64,000 nucleotides of DNA, taken from Macrostomum hystrix (lineage: Eukaryota; Animalia; Platyhelminthes). Position numbers and translations under genes: made by a program. The notes below the pieces were generated by a model, which saw nothing but the letters and a program-made list of their open reading frames with translations, was not told where the DNA came from and ran no database searches. The first letter of the stretch is position 1. Every line of letters starts with the position of its first letter. Location: the NCBI GenBank assembly GCA_950097015.1, contig CATNEN010000012.1:744001-808000 (forward strand), read 5' to 3'. Of this stretch, positions 45,601 to 55,900 are shown in pieces.

Positions 45601-48372
45601 CGAAGAAGCTTGTTTATTGTACCGCAGTTCACGGCCTATAACTGCCTCTAGCGAGCGCACGCCAAGCACTTGGTTTTCGTGCTACAGATATTCGTCGGCT
45701 CTTAAAGAAATAAAAGATCCTACCCTAGACAATAGACATGCAGGAGGAAACTCAAGTGCGTTAGTAAAAGTCCATCTGGTATTTTGTCTATACATAACAG
45801 CGTTGCAAATGCTTTTCATTGTAAGATTGGCGGCATGAAATGCTTTATCATTTATGATGTCAATTGCTCAACCCAGAGAAACAATGTTGGGGGCTTCGCC
45901 CCAGCGTGCAAGATTGATTTTGTCTATGGTTAAACTATGGTTTTTATGGTATAATAAATTTTTGAATCTTCATAACCGTGGAGAAAGCTTTCTTCATGAA
46001 ATTTTGTCTATGGTTAGAATGTTGGGGGCTTCGCCCCAGCGTGCAAGATTGATTTTGTCTATGGTTAGAATGTTGGGGGCTTCGCCCCAGCGTGCAAGAT
46101 TGATTTTGTCTATGGATAAACTATGGTTTTTATGGTATAATAATTTTTTGAATCTTCATAACCGTGGAGAAAGCTTTCTTCATGATATTTTGTCTATGGT
46201 TGGAATGTGGGAGCTTCGGCCCCACGTCCCCAACGGGGGCTCTGCCCCCGCACCTCCGCTAGCAGCGGGTAATATCTATGGTAATATCAATTATAGCCTC
46301 TCCTTTTTGGGCAGAATGTATAATGGTAGAATCAATTAAGAATGAGATTCATGAACGTTCAAGAATCCTTACAGTTCTCTCTGACGCATCTCTTTCTGCT
46401 CGATCTGTCTTGACTCCATTCGCTCCTCTCTATCCCTCTTGCGCGATTCTCTCATCAAATTTACGATCTCACCATACTCGGCTTCTATAGTTTCCAATTC
46501 CTTCACAGTTTAGACTTGCACAGGCAGATTCCTGACGACCTCGGACAGAATCTCCTGCAACACCGCGCTCAATCGCTCGTAGTGGTCTTCAAGCGCGCTT
46601 GCCAATTCTTCCGCGTCCACCAGAGTAGCTCCGTCCGATCTCAGCATCCTCAGCAGCCTGTTTAGTTGCTTTGTGAAGCTGCACTTGTCTTATGGCCTTC
46701 CTGGCCTTCAGCTCGATGAGACGGCTGTATCCTTCAGGCATTGTCGACTCGTCGTCTGACATTTACGGCGATAAATCCAAATAAACTTAAAGTGTAGAAC
46801 CACACTCTTGCTACCAGTTTATGTTGTATCGGTCTCTCAAGACAACATAAGATACGAGTATTAAGACAAGTCAACTCTGACTTTTCGTCTAGTTGGCTAT
46901 CATGAACTTGCCGTCCACTCGTTATGAAAAAGCATACGCTTCAAAACTTTGAAACAAGCTTTGTTCAAAACTTGAAAGGTTTATGCTGCTTATAAAGTTA
47001 ATTTGGGTGAGGCAGAGAGAGAGGGGTCAGAAACGAGCAACCTATCAGGGTTAGAAAAGCGTGCAAAAACTAGCGTACATGTTCACAACCATTACCATTC
47101 TGAAAAACAACAAAAAGACGCAAAACACGCAGCCTTCAAAACAGAAACTAGGATCAGATTTCTAGAAACAAGGAGCAGATTCTTAGAAATTAGAATAATA
47201 TTCTTAGAATCTAGAATCAGATTCTTAAAAAAATAGATCAGATTCTTAGAAACTAGGATCGAATTCTTAGCAACTAGGATCAGATTCCTAGAAACTAGGA
47301 TAAGATTCTTAGAAACTAGGATCGGATTCTTAAAAACAATCATTAGATTCTTAAAAACTTGAATCTGATTCTAAAAAAACTGGGATCTGTAAGATTTTCA
47401 ATAAAAATTACTTCTTTTTTAATTTATACCCGCTTGTGCCATTGACGTACACAAAAAATCTCCGAATGATAGCTTTATCCTCTGTATTTTCTTCCCACCG
47501 GCCAGTCGCGCGATCCCAATCCCAAGGCCGGCGGCGCCAATCCGGCCATCTTCATAGATGGCGACGGCGTCGAATGTGAGGTGGACGCCCAACTAGGCGA
47601 CGATCCCAGCCTGGACTCGGTGACGCTGGACAGCTTCATCGGCGACTGGCTGGAAAAGTCCGGCGCCCAGCTAAGCGTGCTGACAGCCGAAGGCCTTGGC
47701 CTGGCCGTGCACACGTACGTTGACAAGTTCAGGCGGGACGCAATGGCCTGCATAGCCGACCACCAGTGCAGCCGGGCGCTCAGCTTCCTTGGCGAGCGCG
47801 GCTGCCCCGTCGGCTTCGAGCTGGACAAGGCGCTGACAGAATTTCGTCGAGTCATGGACGGCCGCAGCGAAGCTGAGCGACGCGAGGAGGTGAACCGGAC
47901 CCTCAGCCAGCTGCCAGGAGTTGTTGAGCCAGACAGCGACGGCGATGTCGGCAATGACGACTTTGACGAATTGCGGAATGTCACTGGTCGCGAGAAAGCG
48001 ACAGCGTCGTCCGGTAGTCGAGGCCGCGCCGGAGCTGGACGTGCCACTGGTCGCGGTCGGGGCCGCGGTCGCGGAGCTGCCCCTGCGGCCGCTAGTCGGT
48101 CTTCTTTGATCTTCGATGATGACGATGCTGACAACGTGCGCGTTGCTGCCGGCCGCGCCAACGCTGCTGCGGCCCTGGTCATTGACTCGGACAGCGATGA
48201 AGACGCCGGAGGTCGCGGAAGCCGCGGTGGCCAAAGAGGTCGGCAGTCTACTCGGAGGCCAGCTGCCAGGGCCCGCGGTAGCGGCGGCGGTCGGCGCGGA
48301 GCAAACAGCGGAGGAAGCCGAACCACCAGCACCTTGTTCGACTGGAGCGTGACCAGCTCGAAGAGAAACTGA
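36602..48372 (+). CDS. MRE11: Double-strand break repair nuclease MRE11, ~706 aa
   Basis: Exons 36602-36886, 37103-37543, 37938-38270, 38904-39098 and 47506-48372, all phase 0. Phosphoesterase motifs [32 protein letters not shown] and WGHEHEC; capping domain PLIRLRVDY...RFVGRVANP; Rad50-binding region [19 protein letters not shown]; GAR motif GRGRGRGRG. Confidence 0.96.
38490..38875. repeat. 42-bp minisatellite in MRE11 intron 3
   Basis: (GGTGGGATTTCATTAGCTTCCTAATTTCCTTAGTGATTCTCA) x~8, degenerating toward the 3' end. Confidence 0.88.
39485..39612. repeat. 21-bp repeat (TCTCAGAATCTAGG[G/A]TGAGAA) x6
   Basis: Read directly from the sequence. Confidence 0.85.
39925..40613 (-). mobile_element. 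BEL/Pao LTR-retrotransposon remnant: end of the integrase core plus the DUF5641-like C-terminus, frameshifted
   Basis: [21 protein letters not shown] (integrase), then [50 protein letters not shown] and VRPVSKLC, all typical of the Pao pol C-terminus. No PPT or 3' LTR found. Confidence 0.82.
41101..41901 (-). CDS. Harbinger Myb/SANT-like DNA-binding protein (MSANTD4/NAIF1-like) with a C-terminal coiled coil, 266 aa
   Basis: [14 protein letters not shown]...[33 protein letters not shown]...KTGGGP trihelix signature; EKERLQIE-type heptads. Uninterrupted ORF. Confidence 0.9.
   Translation of the reverse strand: MSSNAALKRAANWSMIEIETLQEATTKRKNYLESSANTVEANLRKKRGWQQIADIVNSVGGQGRSAENCRKRWSDFKSQLKHKVASIRKEQAKTGGGPSQAPQLSSFEEKAAQSIRPQVVEGVPFGVDTLQLPASKGQAASSSSVAASSPAGKSVEEVGRCASPEYDTADDGDSEESAATPAAASTAKNKKRQTDQSKLELIGSLETKRLRVEEDRLKIETDRFFVEKERLQIEGERLRIEQERLAIEKETRKNFDSRQLVHFNDV
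42370..43428 (+). CDS. Harbinger DDE transposase (HARBI1-like), 352 aa
   Basis: [16 protein letters not shown] (D), [32 protein letters not shown] (D), [18 protein letters not shown] (E) and [10 protein letters not shown]. No stops or frameshifts. Confidence 0.95.
   Translation: MECQSHQMNFLDLTLAQHTLRTERRFRDRLDPLDFTDQEIFERYRLPRQPLLELIELLRPQLQRQTRRNRAVSVELQVCLAMRFFATGSFLRVIGDVFNCSCVTASGVVTDVCKLLQDMAPAHISFPCNQQAAAASARSFFDIAGVPQVLGAIDCTHIRIRRPIDDGGVFINRKGFHSINVQAVCTANLSFTNVVARWPGSSHDSFIFQQSALKDLLADGIVAGFLVGDAGYPLRPFLMTPFRDPQTNSEQNFNRRLSRTRVTIERAFGVLKSRFRCLDHSGGALQFHPSKVCSIIVACCVLHNFAMARAVPLPPEVLPLAIEAAVENPAAPAEDTAAGRAERQRIMQLLPP
44345..44700 (-). mobile_element. Mutator/MULE transposase C-terminal remnant
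   Basis: [46 protein letters not shown] and, after a frameshift, FLRGIAHHV. This matches the RTNNxxE..H region of MULE transposases. The 5' part is missing. Confidence 0.7.
44975..45600 (-). mobile_element. Internally deleted Crypton-type tyrosine recombinase remnant
   Basis: [22 protein letters not shown] is joined by a frameshift to [63 protein letters not shown] (HxxR, GH, Y). The central catalytic region is absent. Confidence 0.78.
45880..46205. repeat. Local duplications (GGGGCTTCGCCCCAGCGTGCAAG x3; ~187-bp block x2)
   Basis: Direct repeats read from the sequence. Confidence 0.75.
46350..46920 (-). mobile_element. 5' end of an LTR retrotransposon: LTR end, tRNA-iMet-type PBS and a frameshifted gag-like start
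   Basis: On the - strand, ...ACAACA (LTR end at 46822) is followed by TGGTAGCAAGAGTGTGGTTC (46816-46797), close to the complement of the initiator-Met tRNA 3' end. ATG at 46762, with a shifted frame reading [12 protein letters not shown]...[14 protein letters not shown]. The LTR 5' boundary is not determined. Confidence 0.6.
47145..47385. repeat. 21-bp degenerate repeat (GATTCTTAGAAACTAGGATCA)n
   Basis: About 11 imperfect copies near the end of MRE11 intron 4. Confidence 0.8.
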
Positions 48373-48384
48373 ATAGCGACTCTT

Positions 48385-48695
48385 GATGATTGCTGGGATT
48401 CTGTTTGGTCATAGCCCCTTTCTGATCATCTGCTTGGTCATTGCCCCCTTTCCTTATCACCTGTTTGGTCATAGCCCCTTTCTGATCATCTGCTTGGTCA
48501 TTGCCCCCTTTCCTGATCATCTGTTTGGTCATTGTCCCTTTCCTTATCACCTGTTTGGTTATTGCTCCTTTTCTGATCATCTGTTTGGTCATTGCCCATT
48601 TTGTGATCATCTGTTTGGTCATTGCCATTTTGTGATCATCTGTTTGGTCATTGCCCATTTTGTGATCATCTGTTTGGTAATTGCCCCTTTCCTGA
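48385..48695. repeat. ~30-bp repeat (TGATCATCTGTTTGGTCATTGCCCCTTTCC)n starting right after the MRE11 stop codon
   Basis: About 10 imperfect copies. Confidence 0.85.
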
Positions 48696-49009
48696 TAATC
48701 TATTGTGTAATTTTTAACCGAATTTTTAATACGTTAATTCTTTGCTCAAGATTAGTTCATCCTTGCTCATTTCTCATCGATCCTACTTAGAGTAGACGGG
48801 TGCGCAGAAAATGCAAAACCACTGACATCGCTAAGCCGCGCATTAGCGTGACTTATGGCTTGGTAAAATCTACGCAGATTGGAAAGTACAAATCAAAATC
48901 TGCAGCAGTTGCTTTCCTCCCGCCGCTGTTTACCATCCCCTCACCGTGTTTTGCTTGCCTGGATGAAGATTGGCCTGTAATCCTAAATAAATCTGAGCGC
49001 CTTGTTGAT

Positions 49010-49402
49010 CAATCATGCCTGTATCACACTATTCACACTAGTGATGAATCTTGCCTGTGTCACACTATTCACACTAGTGATGAATCTTGCCTGTGTCACA
49101 CTATTCACACTAGTGATGAATCTTGCCTGTGTCACACTATTCACACTAGTGATGAATCTTGCCTGTGTCACACTATTCACACTAGTGATGAATCTTGCCT
49201 GTGTCACACTATTCACACTAGTGATGAATCTTGCCTGTGTCACACTATTCACACTAGTGATGAATCTTGCCTGTGTCACACTATTCACACTAGTGATGAA
49301 TCTTGCCTGTGTCACACTATTCACACTAGTGATGAATCTTGCCTGTGTCACACTATTCACACTAGTGATGAATCTTGCCTGTGTCACACTATTCACACTA
49401 GT
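49010..49402. repeat. 36-bp minisatellite (CTTGCCTGTGTCACACTATTCACACTAGTGATGAAT) x~11
   Basis: Near-perfect copies. Confidence 0.92.
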
Positions 49403-50689
49403 GGGTCCTGTGCCAGATTGTTTACTGATTGTACAGTCAGTAGTAAACAGTTCCTCATGATTCATAGCTCTGTTGATTTTGCAACAGTCGGCTATGTAAG
49501 CAACACTGACCGTGCGTACGGAATTGGCTTGCTGTTGCTAGACCTGCGACTGGTGTGTCCGAACTCGCAGCATGGATCTAGAGGGTGGGGTGGGTGAGGG
49601 TAAGTATGCCAGTTCGGGCCTAGTTAGTTGAGCACATTAGCAGCAGCAGCAGGCACCTGCACTCGCATAATTCTAACTCTACATCAACAGGCAAGCCAAT
49701 CCTGCAGCTATTTTTAACAAATACAGAATAGACGCAGAAAATAATTTTAACCAAACTGAAAGATGAAAGATGAAAATAAAATACTCTGGCCAATCTGTGT
49801 CTGTCTCACTCTCAATCCATCTTGTGCTCTGTGTGCAACGAAATGCCGCGTCTCGTATCGTTTTTTGATCATTCCCAGTCGCCGCCCGCCGCCTCGCGCC
49901 CTTGTTTTCGCCTGAGATTGTTGTTCCTGTTTCTCTTTAAAAAGTACATTTCTAGAGCTTCAGCCCAGCTGTCTGCCCGCCCCCCACCCACCCCCGCCGC
50001 TCGGCTAGAAAAGCAGGAGGCGAGGCGAGGGTGGTTTTAGAAGAGAAAGAAAAATAGAAGACCCGGGTCACATTGTATTCATCTTTTGCTTCAGATTTGT
50101 ACTGTGCCTGTGTGCCGTCTTGTTAATTTGTTAATATTTCTGACAGTGTTTAGCAACAGAAACTGACATGGGACTGGACGGGAGGAGCATACTCACAATA
50201 GCCTTCTCCATCCGTACTATTAAGATTCTCAGTAATTCCAATTAGCATTAATAACAGCGCAGTATAATAAATTTCTGTGAATTAGGACTGCAGCAAGTGC
50301 CGTTTGCATTTTTAAGTATTTTTCTGTTTCAATTTTCTAGCATTTTCAATTTTCATCGCCCTATCGATTTTCTAATTTAAAATAAAGATTTGTCAGCGGG
50401 TTTTTGTTGTTGGCTGCTGAACCAACTTGGGATAAACATTCGCCTATTTATAAGCTCGCCTGTCTATTTTTATCCAAATCCCAATGTTTTGCCTGGTTAT
50501 GAACTGTAGCCCTACCGCCTCCTCGTACTTGCCAACGAGCAATATATTTAGTATTAGTATATACTATATACAAGTGTAGTTATTCTATTTTCGGTTCTCA
50601 AATCAATGCTACTGTTTTTTTGTTTTTTTTCCGAATACACGGATGAGGGAGGATGATAGGGAGTACGGGCGAGAGGAAACTCAGGGAGA

Positions 50690-51480
50690 GAGGGCGAGGT
50701 AACAAGGGAAAGGCGAAGGAGCCAGGGAGAGAGGGCGATGGAGCAAGGGAGAGAAGGCGAGGAAGCCAGGGAGAGGCGAAGAAGCCAGAGAGAGGGCGAT
50801 GGAGCAAGGGAGAGAAGGCGAGGAAGCCAGGGAGAGAGGGCGATGGAGCAAGGGAGAGAAGGCGAGGAAGCCAGGGAGAGAGGGCGAGGAAACAAGGGAG
50901 AGAGGGCGAGGATGCCAGGGAGAGGCGAAGAAGCCAGAGAGAGGGCGATGGAGCAAGGGAGAGAGGGCGAGGAAGCCAGGGAGAGAGGGCGATGGAGCAA
51001 GGGAGAGAGGGCGAGGAAGCCAGGGAGAGGAGAAGAAGCCAGAGAGAGAGGGCGAGGGAGCAAGGGAGAGAGGACGAGGGAGCCAGGGAGAGAGGGCGAG
51101 GAAGCCAGGGAGAGAGGGCGATGGAGCAAGGGAGAGAGGGCGAGGAAGCCAGGGAGAGGAGAAGAAGCCAGAGAGAGAGGGCGAGGGAGCAAGGGAGAGA
51201 GGACGAGGGAGCCAGGGAGAGAGGGCGAGGAAGCCAGGGAGAGAGGGCGATGGAGCAAGGGAGAGAGGGCGAGGAAGCCAGGGAGAGGAGAAGAAGCCAG
51301 AGAGAGAGGGCGAGGGAGCAAGGGAGAGAGGACGAGGGAGCCAGGGAGAGAGGGCGAGGGAGCAAGGGAGAGAGGGCGAGGGAGCCAGGGAGAGAGGGCG
51401 AGGAAGCCAGGGAGAGGCGAAGGAGCCAGGGAGAGAGGGCGAGGGAGCCAGGGAGAGAGGGCGAGGGAACCAGGGAGAGA
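50690..51480. repeat. Purine-rich composite repeat (GGGAGAGAGGGCGAGGAAGCCA-like)
   Basis: Almost pure G/A strand. It yields the REGE/SLSP low-complexity ORFs on both strands. Confidence 0.88.
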
Positions 51481-51869
51481 GGAGAGCGAAATGTAAGGCA
51501 AAGTCTGACGGACTATTAAAGTCTAAACATTTTTATAACAGCCCATAACATAGTAAATGAAAGGCGGTGCCTAATATAGTATTAGGTAAGCTTATAATTG
51601 AGTGCTGAATGACGCAAACAGTTCGCGCTGAGGGTTTGCGGGAGTAGCTGTAATGGTACTCAAAGACTGCATTGATCACGCCCGAACACACAAACAAGGC
51701 GCATCTCTACGAGTATAGCTAAGGTTGCGTTTACAGAATAACGGTTAGCGTGAATTGTCAACAATTATATAGTGGACAGGCATTGAGACGCAATTTTCAA
51801 CAAGACTATGACATCAATTCGTTGACCCATTTGAAAATATCTACGAAATGCACCTATATGATACTTTAA

Positions 51870-52310
51870 GGTGGGGACTGTGGAAGTTCTGATCCTTCAG
51901 GGCGGGGACTGTGGAAGTTCTGATCCTTCAGGGCGGGGACTGTGGAAGTTCTGATCCTTCAGGGCGGGGACTGTGGAAGTTCTTATCCTTCAGGGCGGTG
52001 TCTGTGGAAGTTCTGATCCTTCAGGGCGGGGACTGTGGAAGTTCTGATCCTTCAGGGTGGGGACTGTGGAAGTTCTGATCCTTCAGGGCGGGGACTGTGG
52101 AAGTTCTGATCCTTCAGGGTGGGGACTGTGGAAGTTCTGATCCTTCAGGGCGGGGACTGTGGAAGTTCTGATCCTTCAGGGTGGGGACTGTGGAAGTTCT
52201 GATCCTTCAGGGCGTGGACAGTGAAACCCCTGAACCTTCAGGGCGTGGACAGTGTGACCCTGAACCTTCAGGGCGTGGACAGTGAAACCCCTGAACCTTC
52301 AGGGCTTAGG
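51870..52310. repeat. 31-bp minisatellite (GGGGACTGTGGAAGTTCTGATCCTTCAGGGC)n
   Basis: About 11 copies plus 3 diverged terminal copies. Confidence 0.9.
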
Positions 52311-52924
52311 CTCTGAAGCATTTGATCGTTCATTTCACCCGCGGTTAATATTTAGAGGGGTCTTAAATAACAATGTGTCTGATTAAAAAGTAGTTCATGT
52401 CTAAGAGACACCGAAAGAATCAGTAAAATAAGATCTAGATATTTCTTGAAGTTAGCTTTCATAGTTTCAATGCTTCAAATGAGGTTAGAATGGATATAAC
52501 TGAATAGAGGAAAGGATCAATATACAAGGGGGGCAATGCATAAGCTTATGATTACAACAAGCGAGCCGTGAGTTTGAGTTTGAGCAGTCTAAAGCTCTAA
52601 ACAAATTGAAGCCGAACGGATTGCACTGACAAACTAGTTTAACTTAGAAAAGGGCTTAGTAGGAACATAATGCTAAACGATGAGTTTGAAAAATTACATT
52701 AAGAAGCGAAATCACAAAAAACCTACCGAGAAAAAAGACTTATAAACAACAATGGCGGCAGTATTTAGTTAACGGAATGGAATGCAACAAAGACTAGAGC
52801 ATACACTGTACATTCGAAAATTGGGGCATGTTGAATAACCAAAGGCTGATATTATGAAGCAGCGATCACAGCCGACGGACAAACAACAAGACCAACAAGA
52901 CACTGTCCTGACTGCTAAGCATCA

Positions 52925-55900
52925 TCAGGCTTCGGGACCTTGCGGATTCGGCGGCGACTCGGACGGGCCGCTCGTGCCGGCCGCCGCCACCGCCGCGGTC
53001 GAACTGCCCGACTGCGTCTCGACGGCCGAGATGAGGCCCAGGCGGAGCCGTTTCTTCTTGGCCCAGCAGGCGGAGATTGCCGCTGCGCTCTCCGAGTCCG
53101 AGTCTGACGCCGGCTCCGGCTCCCTGAAGTGGGGTGGAGCAGCGGAGTCAGTTGGGGGTCAGCGGTGTAATTTGGGGAGTCAGCGATGTCATTTGGGGAG
53201 TCAGTGGTGTCAGTTGGGGGTCAGCGGTGTCAGTTGGGGGGTCAGCAGTGCCAGTTAGGAGTCAGCGGTGTTATTTGGGGAGTCAGGGGTGTCAGTTGAC
53301 CCCGGAAAGCGGCGTCAATTGAGCAGTCAGTGGTGTAATTTGGGGAGTCAGCGATGTCATTTGGGGAGTCAGCGATGTCATTTGGGGAGTCAGCGATGTC
53401 ATTTGGGGAGTCAGCGGTGTCAGTTGGGGGTCAGCGGTGTCAGTTGGGGGTCAGCGGTGTCAGTTGGGGGTCAGCGGTGTCAGTTGGGGTCAGCGGTGTA
53501 ATTTATGGGTCATTTGGTGTCAGTTGGGCAGTCAGCAGTGCCAGTTGGGGGTCAGCGGTGTCAGTTAACCCTGGGAAGCGGTTGGGGGTCAGTTATTGGG
53601 TTGGGAGTCAGTTGGGGGGTCAGCGGTGCCAGTTAGGAGTCAGCGGTGTCATTTGGGGAGTCAGGGGTGTCAGTTGACCCCGGAAAGCGGCGTCAATTGA
53701 GCAGTCAGTGGTGTAATTCGGGGAGTCAGCGATGTCATTTGGGGAGTCAGCGATGTCATTTGGGGAGTCAGCGATGTCATTTGGGTAGTCAGCGGTGTCA
53801 GTTGGGGGTCAGCGGTGTCAGTTGGGGGTCAGCGGTGTCAGTTGGGGTCAGCGGTGTAATTTGGGGAGTCAGCGATGTCATTTGGGGAGTCAGTGGTGTC
53901 AGTTGGGGGTCAGCGGTGTCAGTTGGGGGGTCAGCAGTGCCAGTTAGGAGTCAGTGGTGTTATTTGGGGAGTCAGGGGTGTCAGTTGACCCCGGAAAGCG
54001 GCGTCAATTGAGCAGTCAGTGGTGTAATTTGGGGAGTCAGCGATGTCATTTGGGGAGTCAGCGATGTCATTTGGGGAGTCAGCGATGTCATTTGGGGAGT
54101 CAGCGGTGTCAGTTGGGGGTCAGCGGTGTCAGTTGGGGGTCAGCGGTGTCAGTTGGGGGTCAGCGGTGTCAGTTGGGGTCAGCGGTGTAATTTATGGGTC
54201 ATTTGGTGTCAGTTGGGCAGTCAGCAGTGCCAGTTGGGGGTCAGCGGTGTCAGTTAACCCTGGGAAGCGGTTGGGGGTCAGTTATTGGGTTGGGAGTCAG
54301 TTGGGGGGTCAGCGGTGCCAGTTAGGAGTCAGCGGTGTCATTTGGGGAGTCAGGGGTGTCAGTTGACCCCGGAAAGCGGCGTCAATTGAGCAGTCAGTGG
54401 TGTAATTCGGGGAGTCAGCGATGTCATTTGGGGAGTCAGCGATGTCATTTGGGGAGTCAGCGATGTCATTTGGGGAGTCAGCGGTGTCAGTTGGGGGTCA
54501 GCGGTGTCAGTTGGGAGTCAGCGGTGTCAGTTGGGGAGTCAGCTCGATTCCAGTTGGGGGTCAGCGGTGTCAGTTGGGAGTCAGCGGTGTCAGTTGGGGG
54601 TCAGCGGTGTCAGTTGGCGGCCAGTGGTGTCAGTTAATCCCGGAAAGTGGTGCCAGTTGACCCTGGGAAGCGGTGTCAGTTGTTCCGAATCAATTGAGCA
54701 AAACAATTTTCCACTTTTAAAAATGCACGCGCATACAGTCCTACTGCAAGTAGAAGATGCGCGCACATAAACGGCAAGTAAATCTGGCTTTAGTTCTTAA
54801 GGGTGAATAATAAACAAGGCAGGTCAGGCAGGGCAGGACCAGGTGAAGCGGTAAACAGTGGCCGAGCATCACCTGACTGCCGAGATTCGCTATTTTTGCA
54901 GGCCGCCAAACTACTAAGCTCATAAACTGGCCTTCAAAAATATACCGAGAATGAATGCTAAGGAAATGCTTTCGAAACAAACTAAAAAATCACATCCTTA
55001 GTTATATAGAGGCATGGCTTTGCCGGGTTCTTTTTGCTAAATTATTCAACCGCCTCGGTTAACATAAGTTATAAATTTAGAATGGTGTATATCAATAGCC
55101 AACCAAAGCCGCACACCAAAGCAAGCCTGACCTGAGCTCCTGCTTGTATTGCACAGTTGTCAGCTCTTCCTTGCCCAATAAGCTGTTTTCCTGCTGGTTG
55201 AATGAGGAATGCGATAAACACCGGCTATAAACACGTAAACAAGCCTAATCGTTTCAAACATTAAATGAAAATAGTATTTACTACCAATAACGCCTTCAGT
55301 ACAAAGGCACATCAGTCAAACTGGATGTAAATCAGCCTTCCAAATTTCATTGGCTGCGGTTAGTCACGTGTTTTTTTGTCACGATAGTCGCTTGACCAAT
55401 CACTCGATGTGTCAAGAGCGCTAGCGCTAGCCAATCAGCAACACAATTAACAAAACGCTTACATCAGTGACATCGCTGTGAGCCAAAGCGCTAGGTGACA
55501 GGGACCTCTGGCGATGACTAGACTCTGACGCTTCGGATTTTGTCGAGCCCGAGCTGCTGTTTTTCGTAGGCAAAGCAGAAACAATAAAATTAGACATAAA
55601 ATAGACTTTTATGTACATGGGGAATGTACATTAGTACGTACATAGGGAATGTGCATAAATTTGGCGCACCTAGAGATTGTACACTAGTTGAATGTAAATA
55701 CGAAATGTATATTATTCAGAACAACAAGTTAGATGTACATATGTAAGCTAAACTACTTGGGCGTACATAGGGAATCTACACTAATTGGAACATATTCTTC
55801 AAGCGTCACCGCACTCACTTCAGCGCCCCGGGTCCCCTCTGCAGCCGGCGCCTGTGGAACTCGGACTCGTCCACGGTCCAGACGGCGCCTTTGACATTCT

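Noticed and set aside
47475-48332. Long antisense ORFs over GC-rich exons (also 4772-5035, 37019-37540, 41333-41668, 63538-63966)
   Set aside because: Shadow ORFs opposite well-supported coding exons, with no independent motifs.
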